A DNA stretch of 64,000 nucleotides from a virus. Position 1 is the first letter of the stretch. The number at the start of each line of letters is the position of its first letter. Below, piece after piece: positions 47,206 to 57,199 of the stretch. Location: the IMG/VR virus record IMGVR_UViG_3300042914_002167; one strand, given 5' to 3'. The notes below the pieces were generated by a model. That model made no database searches. It was not told the DNA's origin and saw nothing but the letters and a program-made list of their open reading frames with translations. Made by a program: the position numbers and the translations under genes.

Positions 47206-48999
47206 ATGAAAACGATAAAGGAACTTCTTGGGCTGTCAGAAGCCAAAAAGAAAAATATGAAGGGTGAAGACCCTTGCTGGGACAACTACGAAATGGTCGG
47301 CACAAAGAAGAAGAACGGCAAAGAAGTTCCTAATTGTGTGCCAAAGAATGAAGAACTTGAACTTGAAGAAGGTTCAATGGCAAGTCAATGGAAGTCTGGT
47401 GCAAAGTCTATCAAGAAAGGTTCCGTAGAACTTGTTCGTGGGCAAGGCGTTCATACAATCAAGAAAGACGGAAAAGAGATTGGTGACTTTTCTCTTGACG
47501 ACGATGCTGGCAATTGGGTTATCAACTGGAACAAGAAGAAGCCTGGGCGCGGGCAAGGTGTTCATGATCATATTGACGACATCGTAGATGCTGCATTGAA
47601 AGAAGAAGTTGAAATCTACGAAGCCAAAGTCGGAGACACAGTTTCTTTCCATCACGAATTGAAAGCTGCGCCTGGCACTAAGATGAAGAAGAGTGGAACT
47701 GTAGAGAAGGTTCGGGGCGACGATGTTCTTGTGAAAGTCAAGGACAGATATGGCGTCAAGCGCCATCAAGTCAAGATGAGTGATCTTGTCAAAGAGAACT
47801 TTGGCGCAGACTTCCTAGCTATGGCAAGACAGAAGAATCCAAATGCGCGCCTAGTTACTCCTGAGCAGAAGAAAAAAGAAGCTGAAGAGTTGGCAAAGAA
47901 GAGGGCTGGGCTAAAGCCAACACATGCTGCTCCTACAGGCAACTCTCGCCCATTGGGTGGATACGATCCTAAGTCTAATCGTTCATACTCAGAAGAAGTT
48001 GAGAGTGTGGCGGAAGCAAGTCCAAAAGACAAAATTAAAGACGATGACAAACCATTCAATTACGCCGACTGGGCCAAGAGTGGCAAAAAACCTCGCGCAC
48101 TACCAGGTTGGGGTCCTAAGGGTTTTAGCACCCGGCTGTTCAAAGATGACCCTAAAGGCAAGAAAGATAAAGACCAAGGTGTGACGGAAGGAGTAGAACA
48201 AGTTGACGAACTAAACAAAGACACTGTTTACTCATACAACAAGAAGTCAACAGCAGAGACAGAAAAACTCCACAAGAAACTCGGCGAATTCATTCGTAGC
48301 AACAAACCATCAGAGGCTAACAAAACTGCACACAAGTTGAACAAGAGAGTTGCTGGGCAAGAACGCGCAGATGCTAGAATGAACACTGAAGAAACTGTAG
48401 TTGAAGAAGCACCTTCAATTCATGTGAGAACGTCATACACTCAAGCTTACGCAAAGCATCATAAGACTGGAAAGAAACCTTCCGAAGCCGTCGCAGCAGC
48501 CTATGAAGATGTTGCGAAGAAACATGGCTATGACATGGTAAAAAAACTAAAAGCACACCATGCAGCAAATGAGCAAGTTGAGACTGCTGCACAAGTGGTA
48601 AAGCACTTTGAGAAGGGGCAATCTACTCCTTCTGGTGTGCCTAAGTGGGTCGCAGAGCCACTAAAGAAAAAAAAGAAAGTGCAAGAAGCGGGTGATCCAG
48701 AAATGATGGGTGGTGCGGTTAGTAGACCGACTGCTTCAGGAAACAATCCAAAACTTGCAGACAAGTTCATGAAGGCTTTCAAAAAGATGAAGTCTCCAGC
48801 CAATATTTCATGTAAGACAGTTGGCATGACTTCTACATGTGAAGACACTGAGCAAGAATTCAATAATATGTTCACCGAAGCAATGAAGAAAAAGCCAGAA
48901 CCAAATTCTAAACAGAATTTGAAGAAAGGTGAAAAACTGAGCGGAAAGCAAGAGCCTATAACAATTTCTCCAGAGATTGAGAAAAAAGGCGTTGCATAA
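47206..48999 (+). CDS. Modular basic internal-protein-like polyprotein
   Basis: MKTIKELLGLSEA; DPCWDNY...VPNCVP; linkers EELELEE, EEVEIYE, EEVESVAE, VEQVDE, ETVVEE. Confidence 0.6.
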   Translation: MKTIKELLGLSEAKKKNMKGEDPCWDNYEMVGTKKKNGKEVPNCVPKNEELELEEGSMASQWKSGAKSIKKGSVELVRGQGVHTIKKDGKEIGDFSLDDDAGNWVINWNKKKPGRGQGVHDHIDDIVDAALKEEVEIYEAKVGDTVSFHHELKAAPGTKMKKSGTVEKVRGDDVLVKVKDRYGVKRHQVKMSDLVKENFGADFLAMARQKNPNARLVTPEQKKKEAEELAKKRAGLKPTHAAPTGNSRPLGGYDPKSNRSYSEEVESVAEASPKDKIKDDDKPFNYADWAKSGKKPRALPGWGPKGFSTRLFKDDPKGKKDKDQGVTEGVEQVDELNKDTVYSYNKKSTAETEKLHKKLGEFIRSNKPSEANKTAHKLNKRVAGQERADARMNTEETVVEEAPSIHVRTSYTQAYAKHHKTGKKPSEAVAAAYEDVAKKHGYDMVKKLKAHHAANEQVETAAQVVKHFEKGQSTPSGVPKWVAEPLKKKKKVQEAGDPEMMGGAVSRPTASGNNPKLADKFMKAFKKMKSPANISCKTVGMTSTCEDTEQEFNNMFTEAMKKKPEPNSKQNLKKGEKLSGKQEPITISPEIEKKGVA

Positions 49000-49054
49000 A
49001 TAGAACGAACCATTTCTCATCTTACAAAAGAGATAACATAAAGGAGAACACACC

Positions 49055-49528
49055 ATGGCACTATGGGGTAAAAGAGATGCATTTGCAGTTACTGGAACTG
49101 TAAGCGTAGTAAACACATCAGTTACTGTCACAGGATCAGGAACTTCATTTCTGACTGAATTAGAAAACGGAGAAAGTCTTTTCGTCGATGCGTCAAACAC
49201 TCATGTTAAGATTATTGATATTGCAAATAACACATCATTGACTATTGGTCCAGCATGGGCTACTGCTAATGCAACTGGCGCTGCGATCTTTGGTCAAGAT
49301 TCACCTAAGTATGTACCGTCATCAGAAATCGCAAACATCATCGGCGTTGACACTACAGAAGCCGGAGTTGCTGCTAACGCGGCACGAGGCTTGAACAATG
49401 CTGGATGGAACAAGTATGTTACATACACAGACATGCACGGTAGAACACGCTACAAAGTAGAAAATCTTGTCGCGATGAGTAGCATCACAGCAGATGCACC
49501 TGATGATTCCGTCGCAGCAGATTCTTGA
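49055..49528 (+). CDS. Virion structural protein
   Basis: MALWG..., GVDTTEA, GRTRYKVENLVAM; CATAAATA upstream. Confidence 0.6.
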   Translation: MALWGKRDAFAVTGTVSVVNTSVTVTGSGTSFLTELENGESLFVDASNTHVKIIDIANNTSLTIGPAWATANATGAAIFGQDSPKYVPSSEIANIIGVDTTEAGVAANAARGLNNAGWNKYVTYTDMHGRTRYKVENLVAMSSITADAPDDSVAADS

Positions 49529-49602
49529 TGATATAAATTGGTCTGAGTCCCAGTAGTAGCATTCCCATTAAGTTGGGTTTATAGGATTGTAAAGGAATAA
49601 AA

Positions 49603-50016
49603 ATGGCAGATAAAAAAATCACACAGTTGCCTGTTGCGACAACCGCAGCAAACACTGATCTTCTACTGATTGTAAATGATCCAGTTGGTTCACCGGTCAA
49701 TAAAAAAATTGAGATTGGTGATCTTTTCGGAGAAACTGCGCAAACTGTTGTTACAACATTAGACCTCAGAGCATCGTCTAATGCAACTATTGGTGGTTCT
49801 TTTGTTAAAGTTACGCCCACTAACACATTTGAAGTTGCTGGCCTAGCCGATTTCAATCACAATAGAATCCGTATTAGAACATCATCAACTCCGGCAAACT
49901 CAAACAACACTCTTGTTGGTTGGCCTATTGGCACTATTGCATGGGATGTTAACTACCTCTACATAGCAGTGTCATCATCACAAATAGCGAGAATTGCAGC
50001 GAACACTTCTTGGTAA
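49603..50016 (+). CDS. Virion structural/fibre-associated protein
   Basis: MADKKITQL...DLLLIVNDP...GTIAWD..YLYIA. Confidence 0.6.
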   Translation: MADKKITQLPVATTAANTDLLLIVNDPVGSPVNKKIEIGDLFGETAQTVVTTLDLRASSNATIGGSFVKVTPTNTFEVAGLADFNHNRIRIRTSSTPANSNNTLVGWPIGTIAWDVNYLYIAVSSSQIARIAANTSW

Positions 50017-50018
50017 TA

Positions 50019-50375
50019 ATGACACTATTTGATGATGATAATTTTGAGGAATACGCAGTTAGTAATTACAAAAATTCTAACTGCGTTTCTTTGTTGGAGT
50101 TTTTAGATGATCTAAAAACTTTCAAGTACATCAAGAGACTGATAAATAAGTATAATGAAAAGGGTGATTTGAAATCGCGATTGATTTTGAATCACATCAT
50201 ATGCTTATCAAATGTATTTGGTGTAGAAGCAACAGTCAACATGCTAATGTATAAAATTGAAAAAACAGATCATGATGTATTGAATGCATTCTTATTGTAT
50301 TTGAATTATGTTGATGTTAACTCTATTGATGTGTTGGACCTAAATCTCTATCAAACACTGAAGAAGACAATCTAA
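50019..50375 (+). CDS. Conserved T4-like hypothetical protein
   Basis: EFLDDLKTFKYIKRL...RLILNHII. Confidence 0.7.
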   Translation: MTLFDDDNFEEYAVSNYKNSNCVSLLEFLDDLKTFKYIKRLINKYNEKGDLKSRLILNHIICLSNVFGVEATVNMLMYKIEKTDHDVLNAFLLYLNYVDVNSIDVLDLNLYQTLKKTI

Positions 50376-51421
50376 TGAAAATTATAGACCTCTATCTTGT
50401 ATACAGAATACTTAGAAAATTGACAACTCCGTTCAAGGAGTGGGACGCATTCAAGTATGGTATCATTGATGATGAGGGAAACATCACAAAGAAACCTCAA
50501 GACAGAAAAACTCCAGAAGAGAAAGACTCCTTTACTCTGTTTGATGTTCTAATTTTAAGATTGAAAAGATTGCTTGAGAAGTTACCTTTTGGCAAAACAA
50601 GACTTGCTTCATATGCAGCAGCACTGTTTCTCATAAGAGAGCAATCAAATCTAGATGAGACTAATGTTGAAGAGTTGTTTGAAAGATTTTACCATGATCA
50701 TGAGTCTGAGTTTCTATCTGAAGAGATTGCGAACAATGTTGGCGGTGGAAACATAGCAGGAACTACAGGTGATCCTCCAAAAGGGTCAAAGACGATGTTG
50801 CGTAGATTTGCAAACAACGATGTCTTTGTTGTTGATCAAGATCGCTACTTGAAAGCAAGACTTGGTAAGCGCAAGTATCTGAAGTATGAGAACTATGTGG
50901 GCAACGATGAAGTTGGAGAAGATATTCGTCAGTATGGCAGAAAGTATCCCAACAAGCCCATCATTCTTCAATGTGAAAGAACTGGAGCAATGACATTTCT
51001 TCGCTACGGAAAGAGTGGCATGTTCAAAGAGTCTTTGGATGCAACCAAGTCACCTAAGTATGTCACAGACAAAGACCTGAAAGAAGTTGAGCGTTATGCA
51101 GATTCGTTGTTCAAAGCAGTTGGCGTAGACATTCAGTTCACAAAACACTTCGTTGAACGAGTCAACGACGAAAGAAACATCAAGCAAATCACTGTTGATG
51201 AGTTGAGTGAATTGTTCAGAAAGACATTCAAGATGTATGGTACAAGAATTCCAAAATTAGGTAAAGATGCAGAGGCTGTGCTGAACGATATGAAAACAAA
51301 CATCAATCTTCCGTTCGTTCTGAAGTGGGATGACAAGTCGCAAGAACTTGATCTTGTCGCTAAGACTGTCATGCGCAAAAAGAACTTCATGACGCCAAAC
51401 AAGAAACTTGTGGTGCAGTAA
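50375..51421 (+). CDS. Conserved multi-domain hypothetical protein
   Basis: TPFKEWDAFKYGIIDDEG, LASYAAALFLIRE, FLSEEIANNVG, C-terminal FTKHFVERVND. Confidence 0.65.
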   Translation: MKIIDLYLVYRILRKLTTPFKEWDAFKYGIIDDEGNITKKPQDRKTPEEKDSFTLFDVLILRLKRLLEKLPFGKTRLASYAAALFLIREQSNLDETNVEELFERFYHDHESEFLSEEIANNVGGGNIAGTTGDPPKGSKTMLRRFANNDVFVVDQDRYLKARLGKRKYLKYENYVGNDEVGEDIRQYGRKYPNKPIILQCERTGAMTFLRYGKSGMFKESLDATKSPKYVTDKDLKEVERYADSLFKAVGVDIQFTKHFVERVNDERNIKQITVDELSELFRKTFKMYGTRIPKLGKDAEAVLNDMKTNINLPFVLKWDDKSQELDLVAKTVMRKKNFMTPNKKLVVQ

Positions 51422-51822
51422 TGCCAATCACTTTGTTGTGGAAACTCGCTCCTGCAATAGGAGCATTATTATTGATTGCATTATCTTTCATCGCCGGCGT
51501 TAGATACAATGAAGCTGATCATGTAAGAGAACAAGCAAATTTGGCTCTTCAAGCACAAAAAGATTTGCAATCTGAGATTGACAGAAAGCATCAACTTGCG
51601 TTAGAATATGAGAAGAAACTTCAAGACATGGCTGGCAAGGTACGCACCATCGTCAAGACTGTTGAGAAAGAAGTAGAGAAGCCAATCTACAAAGAGTGTG
51701 TTCTGCCAGTCACCGGTGTTGCTACGATCAACAACGCAGCGAAGACACTCAATGAAACTAGAGAAATGGACTCTGTGAACAGAACTATTGAGAAGTTAAA
51801 CAAAGAGCGAGATAAGAAATGA
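51421..51822 (+). CDS. i-spanin (Rz-like)
   Basis: N-terminal TM, coiled coil and a single Cys; adjacent to a lipoprotein gene. Confidence 0.7.
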   Translation: MPITLLWKLAPAIGALLLIALSFIAGVRYNEADHVREQANLALQAQKDLQSEIDRKHQLALEYEKKLQDMAGKVRTIVKTVEKEVEKPIYKECVLPVTGVATINNAAKTLNETREMDSVNRTIEKLNKERDKK

Positions 51823-52070
51823 AGACACTTTTGATCGTTCTTGTTTCTACTCTACTTGTGGGTTGCCAAACTATACCACCAAAAACTGAAGTTCCTGTTC
51901 CAGCGAATCTTCTGACTAAATGCGAACTCATTCCGAACATCAAAGACAAAGCAAACATGGGTGACTTAATGACATATGCCATTGATTTGATGCGTCAATA
52001 CAACGAATGCGCAGTTCGGCATGACGGATTGGTGGAAGCAGTCACAAAGTCATCAAAAAAGAAAGATTGA
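51819..52070 (+). CDS. o-spanin (Rz1-like lipoprotein)
   Basis: Lipobox LVGC, Pro-rich segment, YNECAVRH. Confidence 0.8.
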   Translation: MKTLLIVLVSTLLVGCQTIPPKTEVPVPANLLTKCELIPNIKDKANMGDLMTYAIDLMRQYNECAVRHDGLVEAVTKSSKKKD

Positions 52071-52095
52071 CATCTGATCATTTGTTCGCTATAAT
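52067..52095 (+). promoter_or_regulatory. Consensus sigma70 promoter
   Basis: TTGACA-17-TATAAT upstream of the primase gene. Confidence 0.85.
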
Positions 52096-52134
52096 AGACA
52101 AAACATAGTCTTTTGTCTAGAATGGTATACATTT

Positions 52135-53163
52135 ATGAGCATGTGGCTTGATCACAAGTACATCGGCACTTTATCAACACGATTAGAAAAGTTCACTCGC
52201 AAGGGTGACTATCTATACAACTTCCGCTGCCCAATTTGCGGCGACAGTCAAACAAACAAGAACAAGGCTAGAGGTTATACTTTTGCACAAAAAGGCGGCA
52301 TGTTCTATAAGTGCCACAATTGTCAAGCAAGCATGACACTAGGAAGTCTTATTCGTTCGGTTGATCCAAATCTATATAAAGAGTATTGTCTTGAGCGATA
52401 CAAGTCCGGCGAGACTGGGCGCAAAGCACACAAAGAACACAACTTCGTTTTCAAGCCAGTCGTGTTTGAGTCTTCTAGAAAAGATAATGCAATGAGAGGT
52501 ATTGTTGTGCCTCTTGAGAGACTGCCAAAAGATCATGCTGCTGTCAAGTATGTTACAGATAGGAAGATACCAAAAGACAAGTTTGATCGGCTATACTTTG
52601 TTGATGACTCTACGAAGATGAGGGAGTTTGCTCCTGGATACGAAGAGAAGATTGTTGGCAATGAACCGCGATTGATTCTTCCGTTCTTTGATGAAGAAGA
52701 TAATCTCGTTGGGCTATCTGGTCGTGCAATTACAGATCATAAAATTCGTTATCTGACAATGCGTATCATTGAAGATGCTCCGATGATCTTTGGATTGAAC
52801 ACCGTAGACAAGAGCAAGACAATTCTTGTGACAGAGGGTCCTATCGACAGTCTGTTTCTTCCCAACGCAGTCGCATCTGGCAACGCAAATCTAAAGTCTG
52901 TTGGTGACTATTTGCCGAAAGATAAATTGGTACTCATCTATGACAATGAACCTCGCAACAAAGAAGTGATGCGAGAGATGAAACGTGCGGTTGAAGAAGG
53001 ATTTTCTGTCTGCATCTGGCCAGATGATATGAAGGAAAAAGATATCAACGATATGATCCGAGTGTCGAATCTGAGCGTGGACGAAGTGATCGATGTCATA
53101 AATAAAAACACATTTTCTGGTCCTACAGCATTATTGAAATTTAACTCATGGAGAATTGCATGA
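52135..53163 (+). CDS. gp61: DNA primase
   Basis: CPICGDS..KARG, CHNC, EGPIDS, DNEPRN, KDIND. Confidence 0.95.
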   Translation: MSMWLDHKYIGTLSTRLEKFTRKGDYLYNFRCPICGDSQTNKNKARGYTFAQKGGMFYKCHNCQASMTLGSLIRSVDPNLYKEYCLERYKSGETGRKAHKEHNFVFKPVVFESSRKDNAMRGIVVPLERLPKDHAAVKYVTDRKIPKDKFDRLYFVDDSTKMREFAPGYEEKIVGNEPRLILPFFDEEDNLVGLSGRAITDHKIRYLTMRIIEDAPMIFGLNTVDKSKTILVTEGPIDSLFLPNAVASGNANLKSVGDYLPKDKLVLIYDNEPRNKEVMREMKRAVEEGFSVCIWPDDMKEKDINDMIRVSNLSVDEVIDVINKNTFSGPTALLKFNSWRIA

Positions 53164-53819
53164 AAGTGAAGCTAGTAAATTATTCCCAATCAAGTTTTGA
53201 TATGGGCAAGATGAATCTGTTAGAGCAAATTGCATACGCAGCAAGAGTCTCTAATCCTCAGAATCAAAACAACAGCGAAACGGCTGAAAAGCTGGTTCGG
53301 TATTTGATCAAACATCAGCATTGGAGCCCTCTAGAAATGGTCAGTGTGTGTCTAGAGATTGACACAACTCGCGACATTGCGCGACAGATTCTACGACATC
53401 GTTCTTTTTCTTTCCAAGAATTTAGTCAGCGGTATGCTGACCCAACAAAGGGATTGAGTTTTGAAGTCCGGGATGCTAGACTTCAAGACACGAAGAATCG
53501 ACAGAACAGTATTGATACAGATGATGCGCTTTTACAGAAGAGATGGATTGAAAAGCAACAGTATTTGATCCAGACATCAAAAGATGCATATGAATGGGCA
53601 ATTCAACATGGCATTGCAAAAGAACAAGCCAGAGCAGTTCTGCCGGAAGGTAACACTCAGTCACGACTTTTCATGAATGGAACATTGAGGTCCTGGGTAC
53701 ACTACATACAACTCCGGTCAGCAAATGGGACACAAAAAGAACATAGAGAAGTAGCCATTGCTTGCGCTAAAGCAATTGAACCTGTTTTTCCAATGATCAA
53801 AGAGTTTATTACAGAATAA
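53160..53819 (+). CDS. thyX: Flavin-dependent thymidylate synthase
   Basis: HWSPLE, RHRSFSFQEFSQRY, TQKEHR. Confidence 0.95.
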   Translation: MKVKLVNYSQSSFDMGKMNLLEQIAYAARVSNPQNQNNSETAEKLVRYLIKHQHWSPLEMVSVCLEIDTTRDIARQILRHRSFSFQEFSQRYADPTKGLSFEVRDARLQDTKNRQNSIDTDDALLQKRWIEKQQYLIQTSKDAYEWAIQHGIAKEQARAVLPEGNTQSRLFMNGTLRSWVHYIQLRSANGTQKEHREVAIACAKAIEPVFPMIKEFITE

Positions 53820-53841
53820 CAACAATAGAGGCAAATGGCAC

Positions 53842-55656
53842 ATGACATCTGATGACACGGTACACAGTATCAAAGTAGACTACACAAGAGATTCATTGTT
53901 TGATGAACTGGGGCTCAAGAGGTTGAAAGAGTCCTACATGAAAGAAGAAGAACAATCACCTCAGGAAAGATTTGCGTATGTTTCAAAAGCATTTGGTACG
54001 AATCAAGAACACGCTCAAAGACTGTATGAGTACAGCAGCAAGCATTGGCTATCATATTCTACTCCAATTCTGTCTTTTGGTAGGAGTAAGCGTGGGCTTC
54101 CTATTTCTTGTTTCTTGCCATACCTGCACGATAGCGCAGAGGGCTTGGTGGAAACTCTTTCTGAGGTAAACTGGCTTTCAATGCTCGGAGGCGGAGTTGG
54201 AATTGGACTGGGAATTCGTGCTGCTGACGATAAGTCCGTTGGCATCATGCCTCACCTTAGGACTTATGATGCGTCGAGCCTCGCATATCGTCAAGGTCGT
54301 ACTCGTCGTGGCTCTTATGCCGCTTATCTTGATATCAACCATCCAGATATTCTTCTATTTCTTGAAATGAGAAAGCCTACGGGCGATCCCAACATGAGAG
54401 CATTGAATCTGCATCATGGCATCAACATCACAGATGACTTCATGCGAATCATTGAGAAGTGCATGATTGATCCTTTGGCGAACGATGATTGGGAATTGAT
54501 TGATCCTGCATCAAAAGAAGTCAAAGAAGTTGTGTCAGCCCGTGATCTTTGGCAGCGCATTCTTGAAACTCGCATGTTGACTGGTGAGCCATACATTCAC
54601 TTCATCGACACTAGCAACAATGCAATGCCTCAATTCCAAAAAGACTTGGGTTTGTCTATCAAGCAAAGCAATCTATGCAGCGAGATCATTCTGCCTACAG
54701 ATAAAGATCGCACTGCTGTATGTTGTCTCTCTTCTGTGAACTTGGAGTATTATGATGATTGGAAGAACGATCCACTATTTCTTTCAGACATGGCAGAGAT
54801 GCTTGATAACGTGCTACAGTATTTCATTGACAATGCTCCTGATAGCATTCATCGCGCCAAATACTCTGCTATTAGGGAGCGGTCTATTGGCATTGGTGCT
54901 CTTGGGTTTCATGCATTTCTACAACGCAATAACATTCCATGGGAAAGCCCCATGGCAGTTGGTAGAAACATCAACATGTTCAAGCACATCAGAAAGCAAC
55001 TTGACGAAGCTAACCTACGCCTCGGAAAAGCTAGGGGTGAGGCTCTTGATGCTGTGGGTACTGGTCGTAGGTTCAGTCATCTTATGGCTATCGCTCCCAA
55101 CGCTTCATCTTCCATTCTCATGGGAAACACTTCTCCTAGCATTGAACCTTACCGCGCAAATGCTTACAGACAAGACACACTTTCTGGTTCTCACTTGAAT
55201 AAGAATCGATATCTTGATAAAGTAATCAGAAAACATCTGTCACTAAAAGATGGAATGGATTCTGGAAAATATGCTGATATTTGGTCTTCAATTATTGCGA
55301 ATGATGGCTCCGTACAGCATCTGGAATGGATGGATGAGTGGACTAGAGATGTGTTCAAGACATCCATGGAGATTGATCAACGCTGGGTCATTCAACATGC
55401 GGCTGATAGACAGCAGTTCATTGACCAAGCGCAGTCATTGAATCTATTCTTCCGACCAGATGTGAACGTCAAGTATCTTCATGCGATTCACTTCCTTGCA
55501 TGGAAACTTGGATTGAAGACTCTGTACTACTGCCGTTCTGAGAAGATTGGCAAAGCAGACAAAGTGTCTAAGAGTATTGAACGTAAAGTCATTGAGGAGT
55601 TAGACTTGAAAGCATTGGCGATGGCAGATGATGTTTGTCAGGCTTGTGAAGGGTAG
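53842..55656 (+). CDS. nrdA: Ribonucleotide reductase class I alpha (no ATP cone)
   Basis: ISCF, SNLCSEI, VCCLSS, IAPNASSS, KTLYY, C-terminal CQACEG. Confidence 0.95.
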   Translation: MTSDDTVHSIKVDYTRDSLFDELGLKRLKESYMKEEEQSPQERFAYVSKAFGTNQEHAQRLYEYSSKHWLSYSTPILSFGRSKRGLPISCFLPYLHDSAEGLVETLSEVNWLSMLGGGVGIGLGIRAADDKSVGIMPHLRTYDASSLAYRQGRTRRGSYAAYLDINHPDILLFLEMRKPTGDPNMRALNLHHGINITDDFMRIIEKCMIDPLANDDWELIDPASKEVKEVVSARDLWQRILETRMLTGEPYIHFIDTSNNAMPQFQKDLGLSIKQSNLCSEIILPTDKDRTAVCCLSSVNLEYYDDWKNDPLFLSDMAEMLDNVLQYFIDNAPDSIHRAKYSAIRERSIGIGALGFHAFLQRNNIPWESPMAVGRNINMFKHIRKQLDEANLRLGKARGEALDAVGTGRRFSHLMAIAPNASSSILMGNTSPSIEPYRANAYRQDTLSGSHLNKNRYLDKVIRKHLSLKDGMDSGKYADIWSSIIANDGSVQHLEWMDEWTRDVFKTSMEIDQRWVIQHAADRQQFIDQAQSLNLFFRPDVNVKYLHAIHFLAWKLGLKTLYYCRSEKIGKADKVSKSIERKVIEELDLKALAMADDVCQACEG

Positions 55657-55659
55657 AAC

Positions 55660-55941
55660 ATGAACAGTATCGTTGAATTGGTCCTGTTGATTCTAGGATT
55701 CATCATCGCAAAGCAAATAGAGAAGAACATGCCAGATGTTGGCGAGAAGAACGTCACAGAGAAATCTAGCGATAAACCTCTCGTCAACATCTATGTTGAG
55801 CAATTCAAAGACATCTACTATGCATGGGAAGACGACAAGAAGTTTCTATTTCAGCATGAAGATGCTAACGAAATGGCAAGAATGTTGTTGAGGAAGTATC
55901 CAGGGCACAAACTAAAGATAAACGAGAAAGTGATAGCATGA
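55660..55941 (+). CDS. Hypothetical protein with N-terminal TM
   Basis: Between nrdA and nrdB. Confidence 0.55.
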   Translation: MNSIVELVLLILGFIIAKQIEKNMPDVGEKNVTEKSSDKPLVNIYVEQFKDIYYAWEDDKKFLFQHEDANEMARMLLRKYPGHKLKINEKVIA

Positions 55942-56930
55942 TCAAAAAAACAAAACTAAGACTGACAGATGAAAGAAACTACTTCAAGCCCTTCTCTCAT
56001 CCCTGGGCATATGATGCATGGTTGAAGCATGAGCAGAGTCATTGGATTCACACTGAAGTTCCTATGCTTGAAGACGTGAAAGACTGGAAGAATCGCATGA
56101 CAGAAAGCGAGAAGCACTTTCTGACTAATATCTTCCGTTTCTTCACTCAAGGTGACATTGACGTTGCTGGTGGCTACGTGAAGAACTATCTTCCGTATTT
56201 TCCTCAACCAGAGATTCGCATGATGCTGTCTGGTTTTGCTGCAAGAGAAGCCTTGCATATTGCTGCATACAGTCACTTGATTGAGACTCTCGGTATGCCA
56301 GAGTCTACATACAATGAGTTTCTTGAGTATCAGGAGATGCGAGAGAAGCATGACTATCTTCTAGAAGTGTCTTCTAAGAACGGCACCAAAGAATCTACCG
56401 CTGCACACATCGCAGCGTTTTCGGCTTTCACTGAAGGGATGCAACTCTTCAGTTCTTTCATCATGCTATTGAACTTTCCTCGCCACGGCAAGATGAGGGG
56501 TATGGGGCAAATCATCACTTGGTCTATCGTTGATGAAACTCAACATGCTGAGTCTATGATAAAACTGTTCCGCACATATGTTGAGGAAAACAGAGAGATA
56601 TGGAATGATGAACTCAAAAGCACAATTTATACCATCGCTGAAAAGATGGTGCAGCTGGAAGATAGATTTATTGATCTGGCGTTTGGGGTCAGCGAAATGG
56701 AGAACCTTAGTTCTGATGACGTCAAGCGTTACATTCGCTATATTGCTGATCGTCGCCTTATTAGTCTCGGTCTGAGGGGCATCTTCAAGGTCAAGAAGAA
56801 TCCTCTGCCTTGGGTAGAATCCATGATCAATGCACCCACGCACACCAATTTCTTTGAGAATCGTGCGACAGACTACGCAAAAGGTGCTTTGTCTGGTACG
56901 TGGGAAGATGTTTGGGGTAAAACTGTGTGA
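55938..56930 (+). CDS. nrdB: Ribonucleotide reductase class I beta
   Basis: FFTQGD, EALHIAAY, EGMQLFSSF, DETQH, NFFE. Confidence 0.96.
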   Translation: MIKKTKLRLTDERNYFKPFSHPWAYDAWLKHEQSHWIHTEVPMLEDVKDWKNRMTESEKHFLTNIFRFFTQGDIDVAGGYVKNYLPYFPQPEIRMMLSGFAAREALHIAAYSHLIETLGMPESTYNEFLEYQEMREKHDYLLEVSSKNGTKESTAAHIAAFSAFTEGMQLFSSFIMLLNFPRHGKMRGMGQIITWSIVDETQHAESMIKLFRTYVEENREIWNDELKSTIYTIAEKMVQLEDRFIDLAFGVSEMENLSSDDVKRYIRYIADRRLISLGLRGIFKVKKNPLPWVESMINAPTHTNFFENRATDYAKGALSGTWEDVWGKTV

Positions 56931-56971
56931 TTGCTATATAACTTGACGCGGCATTTTACAAGGAGGAGCCC

Positions 56972-57199
56972 ATGTCAAGTTACAGAGCATTTTGCAATGA
57001 GTGTGGTGCTGAATCATTTATTAGTTTTGTAGACGACGATGCTGAAGCAAAATTCTGCCCGCATTGCGGAAGTAGTTTTGATGGTTCTAGCGTAGACGAA
57101 CAAAACGATGACTCAGATGATGAAGAGGCTTGGGATAAACTTTCAAAAGAGGCATTCGATGATCTAGACGATGCCGACGATTGGAAGATCAATCGATGA
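56972..57199 (+). CDS. Zinc-ribbon protein with acidic tail
   Basis: CNEC...CPHCG; SD AGGAGG. Confidence 0.7.
   Translation: MSSYRAFCNECGAESFISFVDDDAEAKFCPHCGSSFDGSSVDEQNDDSDDEEAWDKLSKEAFDDLDDADDWKINR

Noticed and set aside
49530-49602. Possible structured leader before the MADKKITQL gene
   Set aside because: Only short CCCA/TGGG pairings, which cannot be supported without homologous sequences.
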